Shown piece by piece: positions 31,976 to 52,887 of a stretch of DNA of 64,000 bases; positions within the stretch are counted from its first letter, which is position 1, and each line of letters starts with the position of its first letter. The stretch is from Yuukianura sp. NJ FZ-2021 (lineage: Eukaryota). Position numbers and translations under genes: made by a program. The notes under the pieces are model-generated. The model saw only the letters and a list, made by a program, of their open reading frames with translations, did not search any database and had not been told where the DNA came from. The DNA lies in the NCBI GenBank assembly GCA_046563655.1, contig CM102284.1, positions 8,556,001-8,620,000 on the forward strand, read 5' to 3'.

Positions 31976-32713
31976 ATGAAGTAAGTTTGGTTCATTTCTG
32001 ACATACTTTTGATAGTAGGATGTTAAGGATTAATCGATTAACGTGTACAACTAAATGGTTTGTGTTTGATTTCCAGGGTTGGTCTGTGTGCATACAGTGC
32101 TTACAAAATCTACCCGGGTCATGGCAAAACAATGGTCCGTGTCGATGGAAAGGTACGATTAAACAATAACTCAAACTAGATTAGGTTAGGCTAGCATAGC
32201 CTAATTTAGGAAGGATTTGAGGAGAGATTGTGCCAATTTGGTTGTTTTGATTTTAGGTTTTCACCTTCCTGAATTCAAAGTGTGAAAGGTCACACTTGAT
32301 GAGGAGAAATCCCCGGAAGGTGACATGGACCGTGTTTTACCGAAGGAAGCACAAGAAGGGAACTGAAGAGGAACTGCAAAAGAAGAGAACACGACGGACA
32401 CACAAGTTCCAGCGAGCAATCGTCGGAGCTTCCCTTGCAGAAATCCAGGCGAAGAAGAACATGAAGCCAGAAGTAAGGACTCGAAATCATCTTATATTAT
32501 CTCAATCAACATTGAACTGAACCGATTAATTTCTAGGTTCGTAAAGCCCAACGAGAACAAGCCGTTCGAGCTGCAAAGGAGCAGAAGAAGGCTGCGAAAG
32601 CAGCCAAGAAACCGCCACCAGCAGCCAAACCTTCTGCCAAGGTTGAAAAGACAAAACAGAAGGTGGCGAAACCCACACAGAAAGCTGCTCCACGAGTCAC
32701 TGGCAAGCGATAA
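31976..32713 (+). CDS. RpL24: 60S ribosomal protein L24 (eL24)
   Basis: [19 protein letters not shown]...[19 protein letters not shown]...[10 protein letters not shown]; 4 exons. Confidence 0.97.
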
Positions 32714-32829
32714 ACTTCTCACTTCCCTGGTTAATTGTCGCAAGTTAAGAAAAACTCTTTTATTCTCCAGTGTCAGGTTCTTAGGTTTCTGATGAATAAA
32801 ATTCATAATTTTGTGAATTTAATTTACAA

Positions 32830-33037
32830 TTATGCATCATCTGAGTCATTATCGTTGTAGCCTTCTCCATTGACATCCGATGCTTCAGTCTCTTCAAACA
32901 AGTTCAGTTTCTTCTTCCTCTTCTTCAATTCAGCATTTGTCATGTTTTCCAGAATAGCACTGCCAAAACCGATACTTCTCTGGACGAAGGAGCCGGAACT
33001 TGTCTATCGATACTTGTTTCTGAGCAGTCGCTGCCAT
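32830..33037 (-). pseudogene. Internally deleted, frameshifted duplicate of RRP1
   Basis: Matches the RRP1 5' end (36091-36211) fused to its 3' end (34567-34650); a 22-nt replaced segment shifts the frame. Confidence 0.85.
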
Positions 33038-33326
33038 TTTGAAATCCTCTCCTCCGTCTTCTGCAGTGCGAGGTCCAGATGAAGATGAAACGAATTTAAC
33101 ACTTCCTATTAATTAACTTAATCGATTAATTAACTCGCAAGAATAAAAAATGTAAAGCATTTCTAATTGTTTTCGCGGGAAAATAGTTGAAATTAGCGTT
33201 TGAATAATTTATGTGGTTGTAGAAGCAGTCACTCGCACAATCCTTCTCACCCTTTGAATTTGTGTGGTTTTTGTAAGAGTTACTGCACACCCTTGTCACC
33301 CACTCTGATTTTGAACTAAAGTTTAA

Positions 33327-34400
33327 CATTGGGGAAAGGCAGAAGACAGGAAAAGTTGAAAGGCGATCATGCGAAGCAGGAAGGCTACACTCCCTTCCCT
33401 ATCCTTCCCACGGCACTTCCCTTCCCATACAAAAAGCAAAGGAGAGAAATAGCCCTATGTCGCCTCTTCGCTTCGTATAATCTCCGATCTACTTTTCTGC
33501 TCTCTCGCCTATCTCCCCATGCAAAAGACTCTTTCAAAAGTTGAACTTGGAGGTCACGATCATTTGCACAGCTAGTACAACTCACGAATCAACTCCATCG
33601 ATAGTACTCCGCCAGCATCTTTTTTCCAAATATCCTTACACATAATTTGGCAAAAAAATGCAAATACTACTTACATTATAAATGCTTTCCCCAATGCTTT
33701 CCAATTTTAGAAAATTCATTAAAAATTCACCTTTTCAGTGATTTCTATTGCAGGAACGCTCCATTTCAGTGGTAGAATCATATTTTGCATAACTTTATAA
33801 CAAAAAATTAATTAAGCCAGTGTTAATTAATAGGTTCCCATTGATCCAACAGCGCCTTATGCAAAAGTGTGCAAATTCCATTTTGCAGTGATTTCTATCT
33901 CTGGAGCGCCCCATTTCATAACAAAAACGAATATTTCATTGCAACGAGCCAATGATTATTTAAATATGATACAATATTGCTAATGTTTGACCTTTGACAT
34001 TGACAGTTTGGCATTGTCCAACTGATTTCATACTAAGAATTGTATTAGGGTTGAAATTAAAGTCAACATGGGTTTTGCAGAGAGAGGGTGAGTTGGAATT
34101 GAATTGATTGGTTAATTTGATTGTGGAAATGAAGAGAGAAGAGTTAATTACCTTGTTGAAACAATTATAAGTACAAAAAATATAAAAATTAATAAATTAT
34201 AAAAATATGAATTTTTTTTTATAATTTCTACTTGTACGCCATGTAACAAATTAGATAATTCAGGCTTGATGACGATAGCAGCCATACCTTATGTACTTTA
34301 AAATAATTTTCAACTGGCGTCTAACTCAACTACACAAAAATTTAATCTCTCTCAAATTTTAAACGGAAGATGCAATTTTTTTTTAAAAACATATTTTGAA
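33327..34400 (+). mobile_element. Interspersed repeat family B (~1.1 kb, non-autonomous DNA-element-like), copy 1
   Basis: Colinear with 36496-36930 and, inverted, with 61330-62462; begins TTAA-CATTGGGGAAAG with an inverted copy CTTTCCCCAATG at 33685. Confidence 0.8.
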
Positions 34401-34566
34401 AATTGAAGATTGTAAAACTGTTATTTTACTCTTGATTTACCTTGCTAAAAATTAATTTTATACCCCAACAACAAATATTTCCAGCGTCAACTTCTTTTAT
34501 TCCCCAGTGTCAGGTTCTTAGGTTTCTGGTGAATAAAATTCATAATTTTGTGAATTTTATTTACAA

Positions 34567-36211
34567 TTATGCAGCATCTGAGTCATTATCGTCATAGCCT
34601 TCTACAGCGTCATCCGATTTTCCAGTCGCTTGAAACAAGTTCAGTTTCTTCTCCTTCCTTCGGCGCTTCTTGTCTCCTCGTCGTGGTTTCTCCTCTTTTA
34701 GCTTCTCCTCCATTTCAACCAAACGTTTAGCAGCTTCCTCCACGGCAGATCGCTTTATGGCTCGAGTTCGGCGACTTTCATGTTTAAATCCCAATGGAAA
34801 CTGTCCCTTGGTCAGTTTTTGAAATCTGAAAGATATAAATATATAAAATACTGGTCTAATTTCACGATTTCTAAGTTTTCCTTAGCTAATTGACTTACTC
34901 TCGAACCAATGACATTAGAATTTTTCTGTTCTTCGCCCTGGTATTCTCCTGGGTGGCGGAAGCTGTAAGTTTTTCAATGAGTGCTTCGTAGTCGATATTC
35001 AGTTGAGGTAAAACGACATCAACTTGACCAGCACGTGGATCAAGCGGTCCATTTTTAGTCGGCTCATTGCTCAATTCATTGTCGTCGCTCTCGTTCATCT
35101 CTTCATCGTCTAACTCCTGTAAAATTTAAGTGTTTGATTACTTCTACTATCGCTATTTAAATCAAAAGTAAAACAAGAATACTAAAGTAAGTGATGTTTA
35201 CCACTAATTCCATCGTGCCTCCGCGTGACTCGACGTAATCGATCCCTACATCGCTCTGTTTCATCAAGTGGTGAAATATCCTGGTCTTGATTTCTTCTAG
35301 CAGGCGATCGTCATCATTTTGAGCCATTTCATCAATGAACGGAGTCAGTAGCCTTAGAATGTTGTCACTTTCCAATGACGATCCACCGATCTTTGCTAGT
35401 TCTTCGAGGAAGATATTGATAATGTGCATCTGGAAACCCATTGGTGCTTTCGGGGGTTGCGGAGTCTTCTTGGCAGCCTTTTTAGAAAGAGGAGGGTGGT
35501 GATTGAACAGGTTGATTGCAATGATTCTGTCGAATTGGTCCAAAAGTTCCACGTTCCAGTCATGCTTTGAAAACTCCAGTAGCAGTTTACGCAGGAATCT
35601 GCGAATCAACTGCAAAAAAGAACCAGAGTTAGATTTGTGGATTTGGATTTCAATGATTGACTCTTACCATCATGAACTTGTCAAGTCGAAGACGATCAAT
35701 CCAAGGCCATTCTCGTGCAAAAGTTGTGAAGAACCACTGAACAAAGAGCATCATGAGGTTTGGGTTGTGTGAGAAAATGGACAGGAGGTTGCTGATTTGT
35801 TCAGTCAACGTTTCTTGCGGCAACTGTTTGTCAGCCATCCATGTGCAGTAGAACAAGGCCTTCCAAACCCTGGCGAAGTTACCATCAAGGTGCTCTCGTT
35901 CTTGAGTATCTGAAATCAAAAAACAATTCAAAAGATTCAAGTTTAGAATCAGATTTAGTGCTTTCATAAGTTGTATAAGTACCCAGTGTGTCTGAAACCT
36001 TAGTGGCAATGGCCTTGAGCCACTTTCTCAACTTCCTCATGGTGACCTTCCGTACTTGTGGATCGTTACCCGACAACCGATGAATCATCGTCAATTCAGC
36101 ATTTGTCATATTTTCCAGAATGGCATTGCCAAAACCGATACTTCTCTTCTGCACAGATGGAGACTTTGCTAGTTTGTCTATCGATACTTGTTTCTGAGCA
36201 GTCGCTGCCAT
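34567..36211 (-). CDS. RRP1: Ribosomal RNA processing protein 1 homolog (Nop52/NNP-1)
   Basis: LSGNDPQVRK..LRKWL, VWKALFYCTWMADKQLPQE, FFTTFAREWPWIDRLRLDKFMML, HIINIFLEELAK (Nop52 domain). Confidence 0.92.
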
Positions 36212-36495
36212 TTTGAAATTCTGTCTTCCGTCTTCCTTCTGCAGTGAGAGATCTAGTTGAAGATCAAACAAATCACTTTTACTATTAATTAACTTAATCG
36301 ATTAATTAATCACAAAATAAAACACTGCTTTATGTTAGGACGCGGGAAAATAAGTTGAAATTAGTAATTTGAATAATTTATGTGGTCGGTGTAGGAGCTA
36401 CTCGCACAATCGTTGTCACCCTGTGAATTTGTGTGGTTTTTGTAAGGGTTACTGCACACCCTTGTCACCCACTCTGATTTTGAACTAAAGTTTAA

Positions 36496-36930
36496 CATTG
36501 GGGAAAGGCAGAAGACAGGAAAAACTGACAGGAGATTATGCGAAGCAGGAAGGCTACACTCCCTTCCCTATCCTTTCCACGGCACTTCCCTTCCCATACA
36601 AAAAGCAAAGGAGAGAAATAGCCCTATGTCGCCTCTTCGCTTCGTATAATCTCCGATCTACTTTTCTGCTCTCTCGCCTATCTCCCCATGCAAAAGTACA
36701 CTTCAAAACTTTATAAATTCAGACACATGCTTTCCCCAATGCTTTCCAATTTTAGAAAATTCCTAAAAAATTCTGCTTTTCAGTGATTTTTATTGCAGTA
36801 CCGCTTCATTTCAGTTGCAGAAGCATATTTCGCACAACTTTAAAACAAAAAATTAATTAAACCAGTGTTAATTAACAGTGCCCTATGAAAAGTGTGCAAA
36901 TTCCATTTTGCAGTGACTTCTATCGCAGGA
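36496..36930 (+). mobile_element. Repeat family B, copy 2 (truncated)
   Basis: Near-identical to 33327-33905 with internal deletions. Confidence 0.8.
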
Positions 36931-37069
36931 ACAATTAATTATATGATAATTAATTCAATTAAGTTTTTAATTTTAGTTCTGTCGCTCAGAATCGTAAATT
37001 ATATAATTAACTGAGGCGTATGGCATGACTAAAAAAAACTCGTGCTAACATTGTTCGTTCCTTTAATTC

Positions 37070-39301
37070 TTAGAAGTTGTCAATGACGAATTTGATGATG
37101 GACGGAGTGAGACTCTTTTGGAAAAGATTGACGTTGACCTTGAGGAGGTCAAAGATCGTGACAATGTTTTTGAATCTAAAAGTTAATGTAGCTGGAGTGT
37201 GTCGTGTCAAGTGGAGGTTGAGACCGAGGAGAGTCCTTTGGAACAGCACTTCAAGGGCCCCCTTCCATTCCAAGTCTGCACTCACACATCGCTTCTCATC
37301 CCCCGTGCAATGTGGGTCTAAACCACACAATGTTGTTTCATACAGAGGTCAAGTGAAAGTTGATGAGAAAAAGAGAGCTTACGGTACTGGAGGAGTAGTA
37401 GGGACTCTAGAAAAGAAAGTTCAAGTGGGGTGAGAGCCAGTTCCTGACAAAAGTTGGACACGGAGGCCAGTAAGTCACTGAAACAAAAACTTGGAAGCTT
37501 TTATGCATTATCATTCGGATGTGCTGGATTGATGCTTACAAGTTTTTGAGTTGGAGCTGATCTGGAGAGATGGATTTGTTGGGAAGTGCCCAGACACAGA
37601 GATGCAACTGGAGTAGCTGTGACCACACATTGCCCAGAATGCTGTCCTGAATTGGTCGAGGGAGAAAGGCAAATGGGGGATGAGATCGAGCATGCTTCAC
37701 AGCCAAAATCAACAGATTCAGCAAACCACTCCCTACAAAAACAACCCAATATTGTTAAAATTCACAATTTAGCAATTTAGAATTACAATTTATACTTCAT
37801 CAATTTAAATTCCAAGACCTTCTAGTCCATTTCCCTGCTCCCAGTAAAGCGCTGGCTGTCCAAAATTGAGAAGCATCAAGGGACAGAGATTGTTGTGACC
37901 AAAAGTGGACATGACCTCTGACCCTCCGCTTGTTCCCAAACTCATTTCAGTTCCACTGGATTCCGCCGAAGAGGCCTTCGGTTGACCTTGAAAATCCATT
38001 GACCTTTGACCTTCCAAGTCACTTTGTTCCTTTTGTGAAGGTGGGGAGGATGGGACTTTGTTCTTGGTCCTTCGTGGTCCCCTTTCTTCCTGGACAGCTA
38101 TAAAAGCAGAGCTTTGTGTTAAAAATGGTAAAGTTGAAGAATGAAGAGGTTGAAAGGCGACAGGGGTGAAAGTGTTGTGTGAATTAATGATGAGATTCTC
38201 TGCCCTCCTCCACTCAGAGAAAGCACCTCCTATTCACTTTCACTCTCCCTCACTTAAAAGTTGCTCAATTGTTGAGGTCATGCAATCCAACTTCTGCTCT
38301 ACCTCATCCATTTTTCAACACAAACTTACCTTTTACAAATTCATAAACTAATATGTACCATCCAACCACAAAAGAACTTTCTCAACAAACTTACAAAAGT
38401 TACTCAACTGTCATTTCATAAAATCGAACTTTGACATCAAATGAACAGTTGCTTACCACTGGAGTTCATCTGCATCTCAAAGCACTTCTTCAACCGACAT
38501 CCCGGACACCAATTCCTCCTCGCTTTGTCAATCACGCAATTCCCGTTACCTACAAACAACTTTTACTAAAACACTTTTAACATTCTATACTTATCTTACG
38601 AATACTAAAACGGCTGTAGTTTAGTGCTGAGATCGCAGTGACTCATTAAATTCTCAATGAGTTTTCTTAAATGTTAAATGTTTTATTTTTAACTTTCTCA
38701 AGTTAAATGTAAACCAAGGTTTAAATTTTGAAAAGAGAAAGCAGCATGAAATAGAAGAAATGAAGAGAGTAAATTGAAAAAGTTATAAAAATAATTTTCA
38801 AAGCCAGTACGCCATGTAAAAAATAAAAATAATTCGGAATAGGAAAAGTCCTGTCTTCACCTAACACAAATTATTTTTTATTTCAAGTGGCGTCTACAAG
38901 AAATACAAAAAACCCAACTTTCTCTAGGAAACTTCGCGAAACTTCAAAAATTTGACTTTTGTAATGACACCATTTTCTCTTGATATTATCACGCAATCTT
39001 TTCAAATTACTTTTGTTAAAAATACTTTAACACAGCATTTTAAACAATAATTATGTAAGCAACAAAATGAAATTGTAGGTCTTACCAATGCAGTTGTAGA
39101 TGATGTTTCTGCGGATGGATCTTTTGAAGAAGCAGGAGCAGCCATCGCAGCAGTAGACGTTGTAATGCTTCCCATAAGATTTGTCTCCACAAATCTTACA
39201 AGCGACCGGCACAGGAAGTGTCCTCCCTAAACACACAATTTAAAATTAACTCTCAGAAACTGAAAAACATTAGTTTAGTTAATTGTTTTGAAATTACCCA
39301 T
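37070..39301 (-). CDS. Hr83: Nuclear receptor of the NR2E group, Hr83/NR2E5-like, with reduced LBD
   Basis: [41 protein letters not shown]...[19 protein letters not shown]...AVQEERGPR; degenerate LBD signature [27 protein letters not shown]. Confidence 0.8.
38740..38940 (+). repeat. Fragment of repeat family B in nuclear receptor intron
   Basis: GTACGCCATGTAAAAAATA...TTTCAAGTGGCGTCTA similar to 7085 and 34233. Confidence 0.6.
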
Positions 39302-40336
39302 AAGTTAAAGTTGTTTCACGAGATGAAAGTGTTGCGAGTCGTTGGACGTGGATGGGCCAACAGGTGAAGTGAGAGGAGAAAGTGGCCTTCCACACCCTGC
39401 TTTCTCCACCCTTAACTCCACCGCTCAACAAACAAGAACCAAAGGAAGGCGGACTTTCTCCACTTTCACACAAAACCACTCCCATCTCAAACACACTCTC
39501 CCCTCACACTAAAAACACTCTCATTTCCAGTACTACTTCTCTCTAAACACAAAGTGCAACTACTTACAACTTGCCACATGTAATTAATTTCCAACTAATT
39601 CTTAAGTCCAACCTAATTTTTGGATTCAGTTGGAACTCCATTTGCCCTCTCTGGTTTACTCTGCTATCACTTTCATTTGTGTTTACTTTAAGATTGTAAC
39701 AATAGTGTTAATTTTAATAATAATTAAGTCTAACACTTGACATAATTCAGTACCTAATTCATTCGTAGTTGGGGGAACCAAGTGACAACTAAAGTTGCAG
39801 CAGTGGACACCCGACGTAAAATATAATTTAAAATGACAATTCATGAGGGCAACAGAAACAATCTTGTCCATAAACAGAAATCAAGAGAGAGTAATACATT
39901 TAAATGAAAGTCATAATTTAAATTATTTCATCTTTTCACAATTTGACAAAACAGGAGCGGAAAATCAACTCTCCACTTCATTGATCGAAGTTATTTCTTC
40001 AACGCCATCCAGTGAGTGAACTGTTGATGGGAGTGGAAAGTGTACGGGTAGAATTTAACAAAACTCAAAACGGAACCAAGTCGCTTCAACACTTTTTGAA
40101 AAGAAGTGTAATTTTGGGAAATAGTTTTCATTTCTAAATCCCACAAATGGTAAAAAGGCGGAGTGGAGTGATTAGAATTTAGTTTTGAATGAAAGGAGTG
40201 CGTGGGAAACAGTTGCAAGTAGCGACAGGGATTTTGAGAGGAGGGGATGCGAGTACTTGATGTTTTAGAATAATTTACAAGAATGTACCTCGGCTGTGGA
40301 TTCATGTGGTCACTTGACCTCGGAGTGACCTCTGAC

Positions 40337-45293
<4,957 letters not shown>

Positions 45294-46934
45294 GCTCCCT
45301 TCGTTTCCGTTCTTGATATCCTCAATGATCTCTGCCTCTTGATCTTGTGGAACGCTGAGATTACTGCCACTAGCAGGAGATGAGAGTGGTGGGACTAACC
45401 AGGGACAGCCAGGACCAGAATAACTGAAAAACCAATCCCTTATTACAATCCATATTCATAACTTCACAAGCATCGTCACCTCTTGCAGCATATGCATCCA
45501 ATGTCTGCTTTTGTTAGTCTAAACGCAAAGTGAAGCTCCACAAACGTTCCTTCACCTTCGTCCAAGGCGTGTCACTTCTACTTTGATCTTGTCTCTCGTC
45601 ACTTTTTCGCTTATCGTTCGCCAACCTCCAAAATCCTGAAACAATCATAAAATTACTCTAATGGAGGAACTTAGATCGGCTAAGATTTGCCGTACTAGAC
45701 CGAGTATACAAAAGTCCATTGAATGAAATGAAACGTTGGAATAACGTAAGAATCGGTTGATGTGCCACTTACTTGTTATGAATTGGCGCAGCTTAGAATG
45801 CCGATCATGAGAGTGAATTAGAATGTTGGAAATTACTACAGAAGATGAAGGTTTAGAATTGGGGAAGATGTGTTTTTTTTTAGTACGTTTGTTGTCACAT
45901 GAAGAGAGTGAGTTGGATGATTGCGAATTGATGATCTAGAGAGTACGTTGAGTTGGGAATGCGAGTGGACACTGTAGATGTGAAGATGATAGAGATAAGG
46001 TTAATCGATTAAGCCAATTGATGATTGATTGGTGACTGATCAAGTAAGAATCCCACAAATTCCTCTCAACTTTCTTTGATTTCTCTTGCTGTCTCTTCCA
46101 ATTTTAAAACTCCCTCACGCACTTCGAAGCTAAGCATAGAGTGGGTGGTGGGTTGGGTATATTGCAAAACGAAAAGCAATTGCCAATTCCTATTCCAAAA
46201 TACCAAATCTAATTTCAAATTAAGCATTCCGTTATGTCGTTTAACCTTTTCAAACAGTTTAAAAACGTAAAATTATAAATTCTAATACTCAATCTTTGAT
46301 CTCTTGCTTGTATAAGTAGATTAATTAAGGTTTGACTAGAATTGGGAGATGTGAATGAGTAATTAATTTGTATTTTGCAACAACAGAAATGCCAATGCGC
46401 GGATCAAGTGTATTTGGCAATTGGCAAATTGGCGATAGTAATGGCTATACTAAGATAGGGGGTGAGTATGACGATTACGAAACGAACCCTGCGGCAGCTG
46501 AGTCACTCCCGCATCCCGCCCCCAGTTGTTTCAGATGAAAAACAAAGGAAAATACTGCCAAGTATTGTTGACAAGTATTTTCCAATGCAATGACCTTTGC
46601 AGGGTCACGGACTTTCTTAATTTGAGGTCATTGGGGATTAATGCATTTGTAAACCTAAAATTAGGCGCCCCTTCAATGTACAATTGTGTCTGCCGTTTGG
46701 CTTAAGGGATTGGACATTTGTGGTGTACAGATGAGATCAATCAGCTGACTGTTGAGAGTCAATTCCGCTTGACAGGGATTTAAGCCTATCTGGGTGACTG
46801 ACTGACCTGTTGAAGGAAGCGTGCAACCGGACAGAGGTCACGAGGTCATTCCAGTTGTCTCCATTTGGCCAGTTCCACTTCACCCGGCTCTCCGATCGCT
46901 GATTTGGGATTATTTTGAGCAGAAATCGCTGAAG

Positions 46935-48993
<2,059 letters not shown>

Positions 48994-49439
48994 CCTTCGA
49001 CCTCCCATTCGTAGACATTCGAAACAGCAGTGGAATCTCAGACTATATATTTTTACGAACAACTCAATCAAAATGCAGAACAATGACTAATAAACCAGTG
49101 TCAGTAGGCACACAATGAAATCAAACTTGTGAACTTCACTAATCGATTAATTGAAAAGTGTAACGTCAAGTCAATTGTTTCTTTGAAATAAATTAAGAAT
49201 TAGTAAAAAGAAATTCAGAAATTCCAATCTAACAATCACTAATCACAAGTCGATAATTTGGCTCCAAACTAACCATTTGTGTGTCGTAGACTAGCTGATA
49301 CTTACGGATGGAACTGAACAAACAATCTTAACTTAATTACAAACTGATTAATCGATTAACTTCAGTGTAAAAACGATTACTTGTGTAAAAAGCGAAATGA
49401 TTCTTGGAAAAAGTGAATTAAAATTAAAATTTGAATAAA

Positions 49440-49790
49440 TTCAAATTTTTTCCCGCCATTGCCTACCCACCCTGAGAATTAGACAGGGGGGTAAAACAGG
49501 GGAGCCTTTTTGATTCGCAGAATCTCCGCATAGGCTCCGGCTAAAATCGAGGGTCCACTTTTAAGACAACAGTCTGCACGACGTGAAAAATTTCACACAA
49601 ATCATACTGTGTTGTGTTACTAGCCGACACTCACTGTTTACCGACGCTAAATTACATTCTTATTCACACGGCGTTACAATAATGCAAAGTAAATATTTTT
49701 TTGTAAGTGAAAATATTTAAGTATCGCACTTACTTTTCTCTCAACTGCCACAATTTAATTAAATAATAACTCTCGTGTATTTCATGCTTT
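49440..49790 (+). repeat. Interspersed repeat family A, copy 3
   Basis: Colinear with 2490-2850. Confidence 0.85.
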
Positions 49791-50378
49791 CAAAATCTAA
49801 CTCAATTTCTATCATGGTTTAACTTTAATTTAATTAATCAATAACAAATCAATTAGACACGAGAACCTCATTCAATTTTATAAAGTTGGCAAAGCTATGT
49901 AACTTTCAAAAATAAAATTCATTTCAACCATGCTTTCTAATTAGAAAGAATTCTTCAAAACCATTATTCAGAAATTCAGAAACCACAGGATAATGTTTTT
50001 GACTTTTGGATTTTAGCAAACTGAAAAGTTTGGTTGTTTTTCCCAGAAGGTGAAAATTATTAGTATTGGCTCACAATAGTTAATGACGCTTGACCATTTC
50101 TTCGAAAGTTAATTGGATGCGTGTCTAATTTACTTCAATTTCCTGTTTTTTAGATTTGAATATTGCGTGAGTTTAGTTGTGTTCTGCAGTAGAGCTTTTT
50201 TCATCTATTTTGTGATTTGAGTGATTGAACTGCCAGTCGAACATTTCCAACTTTTTAATATGGTGCTTTTTTTTTCGTGGGAGAAGTGAGTGAAAGTGAC
50301 TTTCTCCGCGCGTCCTCTTTGCATAATTAACACACTTTCTCGTGTCCAGGGCGACGGCAGGAACAACAAAGAGTGTGG

Positions 50379-52887
50379 ATGACCATGGCCATCGTCACCT
50401 CTGCTCTCGTGACGATCGTCACATGTGTCACCCTGGCCAGGGCAAAGGTCACTTCAGGTCACATTCAGACGAGAGAAGACTGGGTCTTCATCGACCGCTT
50501 CTGCTTCCTCTCTCTCGACGGACTCTTTGAATACGAAATCTCTTACGACCCTGCAAGTTCCTCTCAAAATCTAACCAAAAACTTTAAAAAAAACTAAAGT
50601 TTCAACTAAAAACTTAAAGTTAAACTAAACCAAATCTAAGTATTTAATTTGTTTTTGAGTTTAGAGTGATGGGATCCCAAGTCTTCTGATGTATCCTGAC
50701 CTCCAGTGGGAAGATGCCTACAAAAATCCAAAGGCCAAGGTCAGAGGTCACTTTCTAATAATTGTTTGGTCACATTTCACTTTGTGTTTTTGTCATTAGA
50801 CGTGTGTTGCGAAGCAGAAAGTGCTGATTCCTGAGAAGCATCAACTCATTCCTCTGTCTGTGTTTGTGGAGGAGGCAGGATGTGAGCAATTGCTGGACTC
50901 AATTCCATCTCCAAATGAATCTTCTATTCAAGTGTCTTCAAGAAGCAAAATTGTGTGTAAAAACCGTCGTTCTTTTGCGACTGCGCGGGAGAGATGGTGG
51001 TTCATCGCCATTTCCAACTGCCACTCCAACGGAAGTAGAGGATTAGATGTAGAATTTAACTTCAGAATGACCAATGGCAGGAAGGGAGACTACTGGTACG
51101 AACACTTCTCTGCAGACGAATTCTGTAAGATCAAATCTCAAATTCATAAAAATCTAAATTTACAATTTTGCAATACTTTCACAATTTGTAAATTCTTTGT
51201 TTTTTAGATATCCTACCCTGTCTCACGTCTTTTACATTTGTCTACCTCTTTCTCCTCTTTACTTCCCTCATCTTCGCTGGTAAGTTGCAATTTGTTTTTA
51301 AAACTGAAACTTTTTTCAGAATTTGATTTTGGAAAATTAAAAGTTCTTTTTTTGTTTTCAGTTGAGCTGAAATGTCGCCAACTGTTTCACGTAACTTACA
51401 AAGTATTCCTGGGTTCAATGACTGCGCAGACAGTGGGAGTCATTTGTCTTGCCATTTCTTATGCTCGATTTGCATCCACTGGACAAACACTCACCCAGTT
51501 GAAACTGACAGGTCAACATTTTACATTTTTTAAAAAGTAAAAAAGTGAAAAAGTAATTAAAAAGTGAATTTGAATTGATTTAGGAAGAATATTTGAGGCC
51601 ATTTCCGAGTTCCTGTTGGTTTTGTTGGTGTTGCTTTTGGCGAAGGGGTACACCGTGACCCGAGGTCGTCTGCGTCTCCCTTCCGCCGTCAAACTGACTG
51701 TGTTCCTCTGCCTCTACTTTCTCATCTACACTTTCCTCTTCTTCTTCCAACAATACGTAAACTACGATGCTAAGTACCAAGTTGAAGTGAATGTTGACCT
51801 TTGACCTTTGTAGTTCTTTGACCCCGGGAGAGTGCTCTACATCTACGAGTCTCCGCCTGGCTATGGGCTGCTGCTTCTGCGCATCCTCGGCTGGCTCATG
51901 TTCATCTACGGAATCATCTTCACTCTCAAACACTTCCCGGAAAAAGGCCCCTTCTACTTTCCCTTTGCTCTTCTATATTCTCTCTGGTTCATCTCTGGTA
52001 ACTACAACTTATTATTAAAATGTATTAATTATTTTATATAATTTATTAATTATTATTAATATACCTATATTATTTGTATTTAGGCCCCATCATCATCCTC
52101 ACTGCCAACCATGTCATAGACTCTTGGGTTCGAGAGAAAACAGCAGTGATTGTGGAACACTTTGCCACTTTTGTGGCTCATGTCATCTTTCTGGTCTACT
52201 TTTCAAATTCAATTTTTAATTTTATAGTTTTGGATTTAATAATTGTGTTGGTTTGTTTTTTTAGTACCTGACGCGTCCTTCTGCTGCCAACCAGAGTTTT
52301 CCTTACCATGTGCGCACAACGCAAGTGGGTGCAGATTTGTCCAGCAGCACTGAGCCCCTGGACAGATTTGATGCCCATTCTTATGCTCCATCAGTCATGG
52401 ATGCCACTGGAAGGACAGTCGACGTGTTTACAGTCAGAGGAGTTCTGCAGGTAGGAAACGCCAAATTAAAAATATTTAATAGCATGGGAGGTGAAAATGT
52501 ATAAAAAACAATGATTTACATGCGGAGTGGCGTTGAAGTTTTACATAGAAATTGTAAACTTTGATATTTGAAACCGACTTGAAACCAATTTTGAATGACA
52601 GCAAATAATTAACTAAACATTGAAAATGAAATTAAATAATTATTTTTGTTTATTTTTAGCGACTGGAGCCACTGGACGTGTTTTCTGCTGGTGGAGAAGC
52701 GAGTGTTCCGGTGGCATTCAAAGCCCCACCGCCTAAATATTCTGATGTTTTCCCGCATGAGGGGCCGGGTGAGGTGGCTCAGATGCTGCGAGAGGGGGAA
52801 GAAGATTCCTTTGAAGAGACGTCTGGAGCAGAGTCACCCACCCACCAAGGCCCCACCACCAGAGAAGCACTCTACACCGTCCAATAG
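50379..52887 (+). CDS. TMEM145: Transmembrane protein 145 (GOST/intimal thickness-related receptor family)
   Basis: DWVFIDRFCFLS, RERWWFIAISNC, HFSADEF, LLLAKGYTVTRGRL, DPGRVLYIYESPPGYG, WVREK, LTRPSAANQSFPYHVRT. Confidence 0.92.

Noticed and set aside
33329-33585. Recurrent ORF 'KQEGYTPFPIL...' (also 36498 and 62181)
   Set aside because: Lies in the non-coding repeat family B; no ATG or splice support and no transposase motifs.
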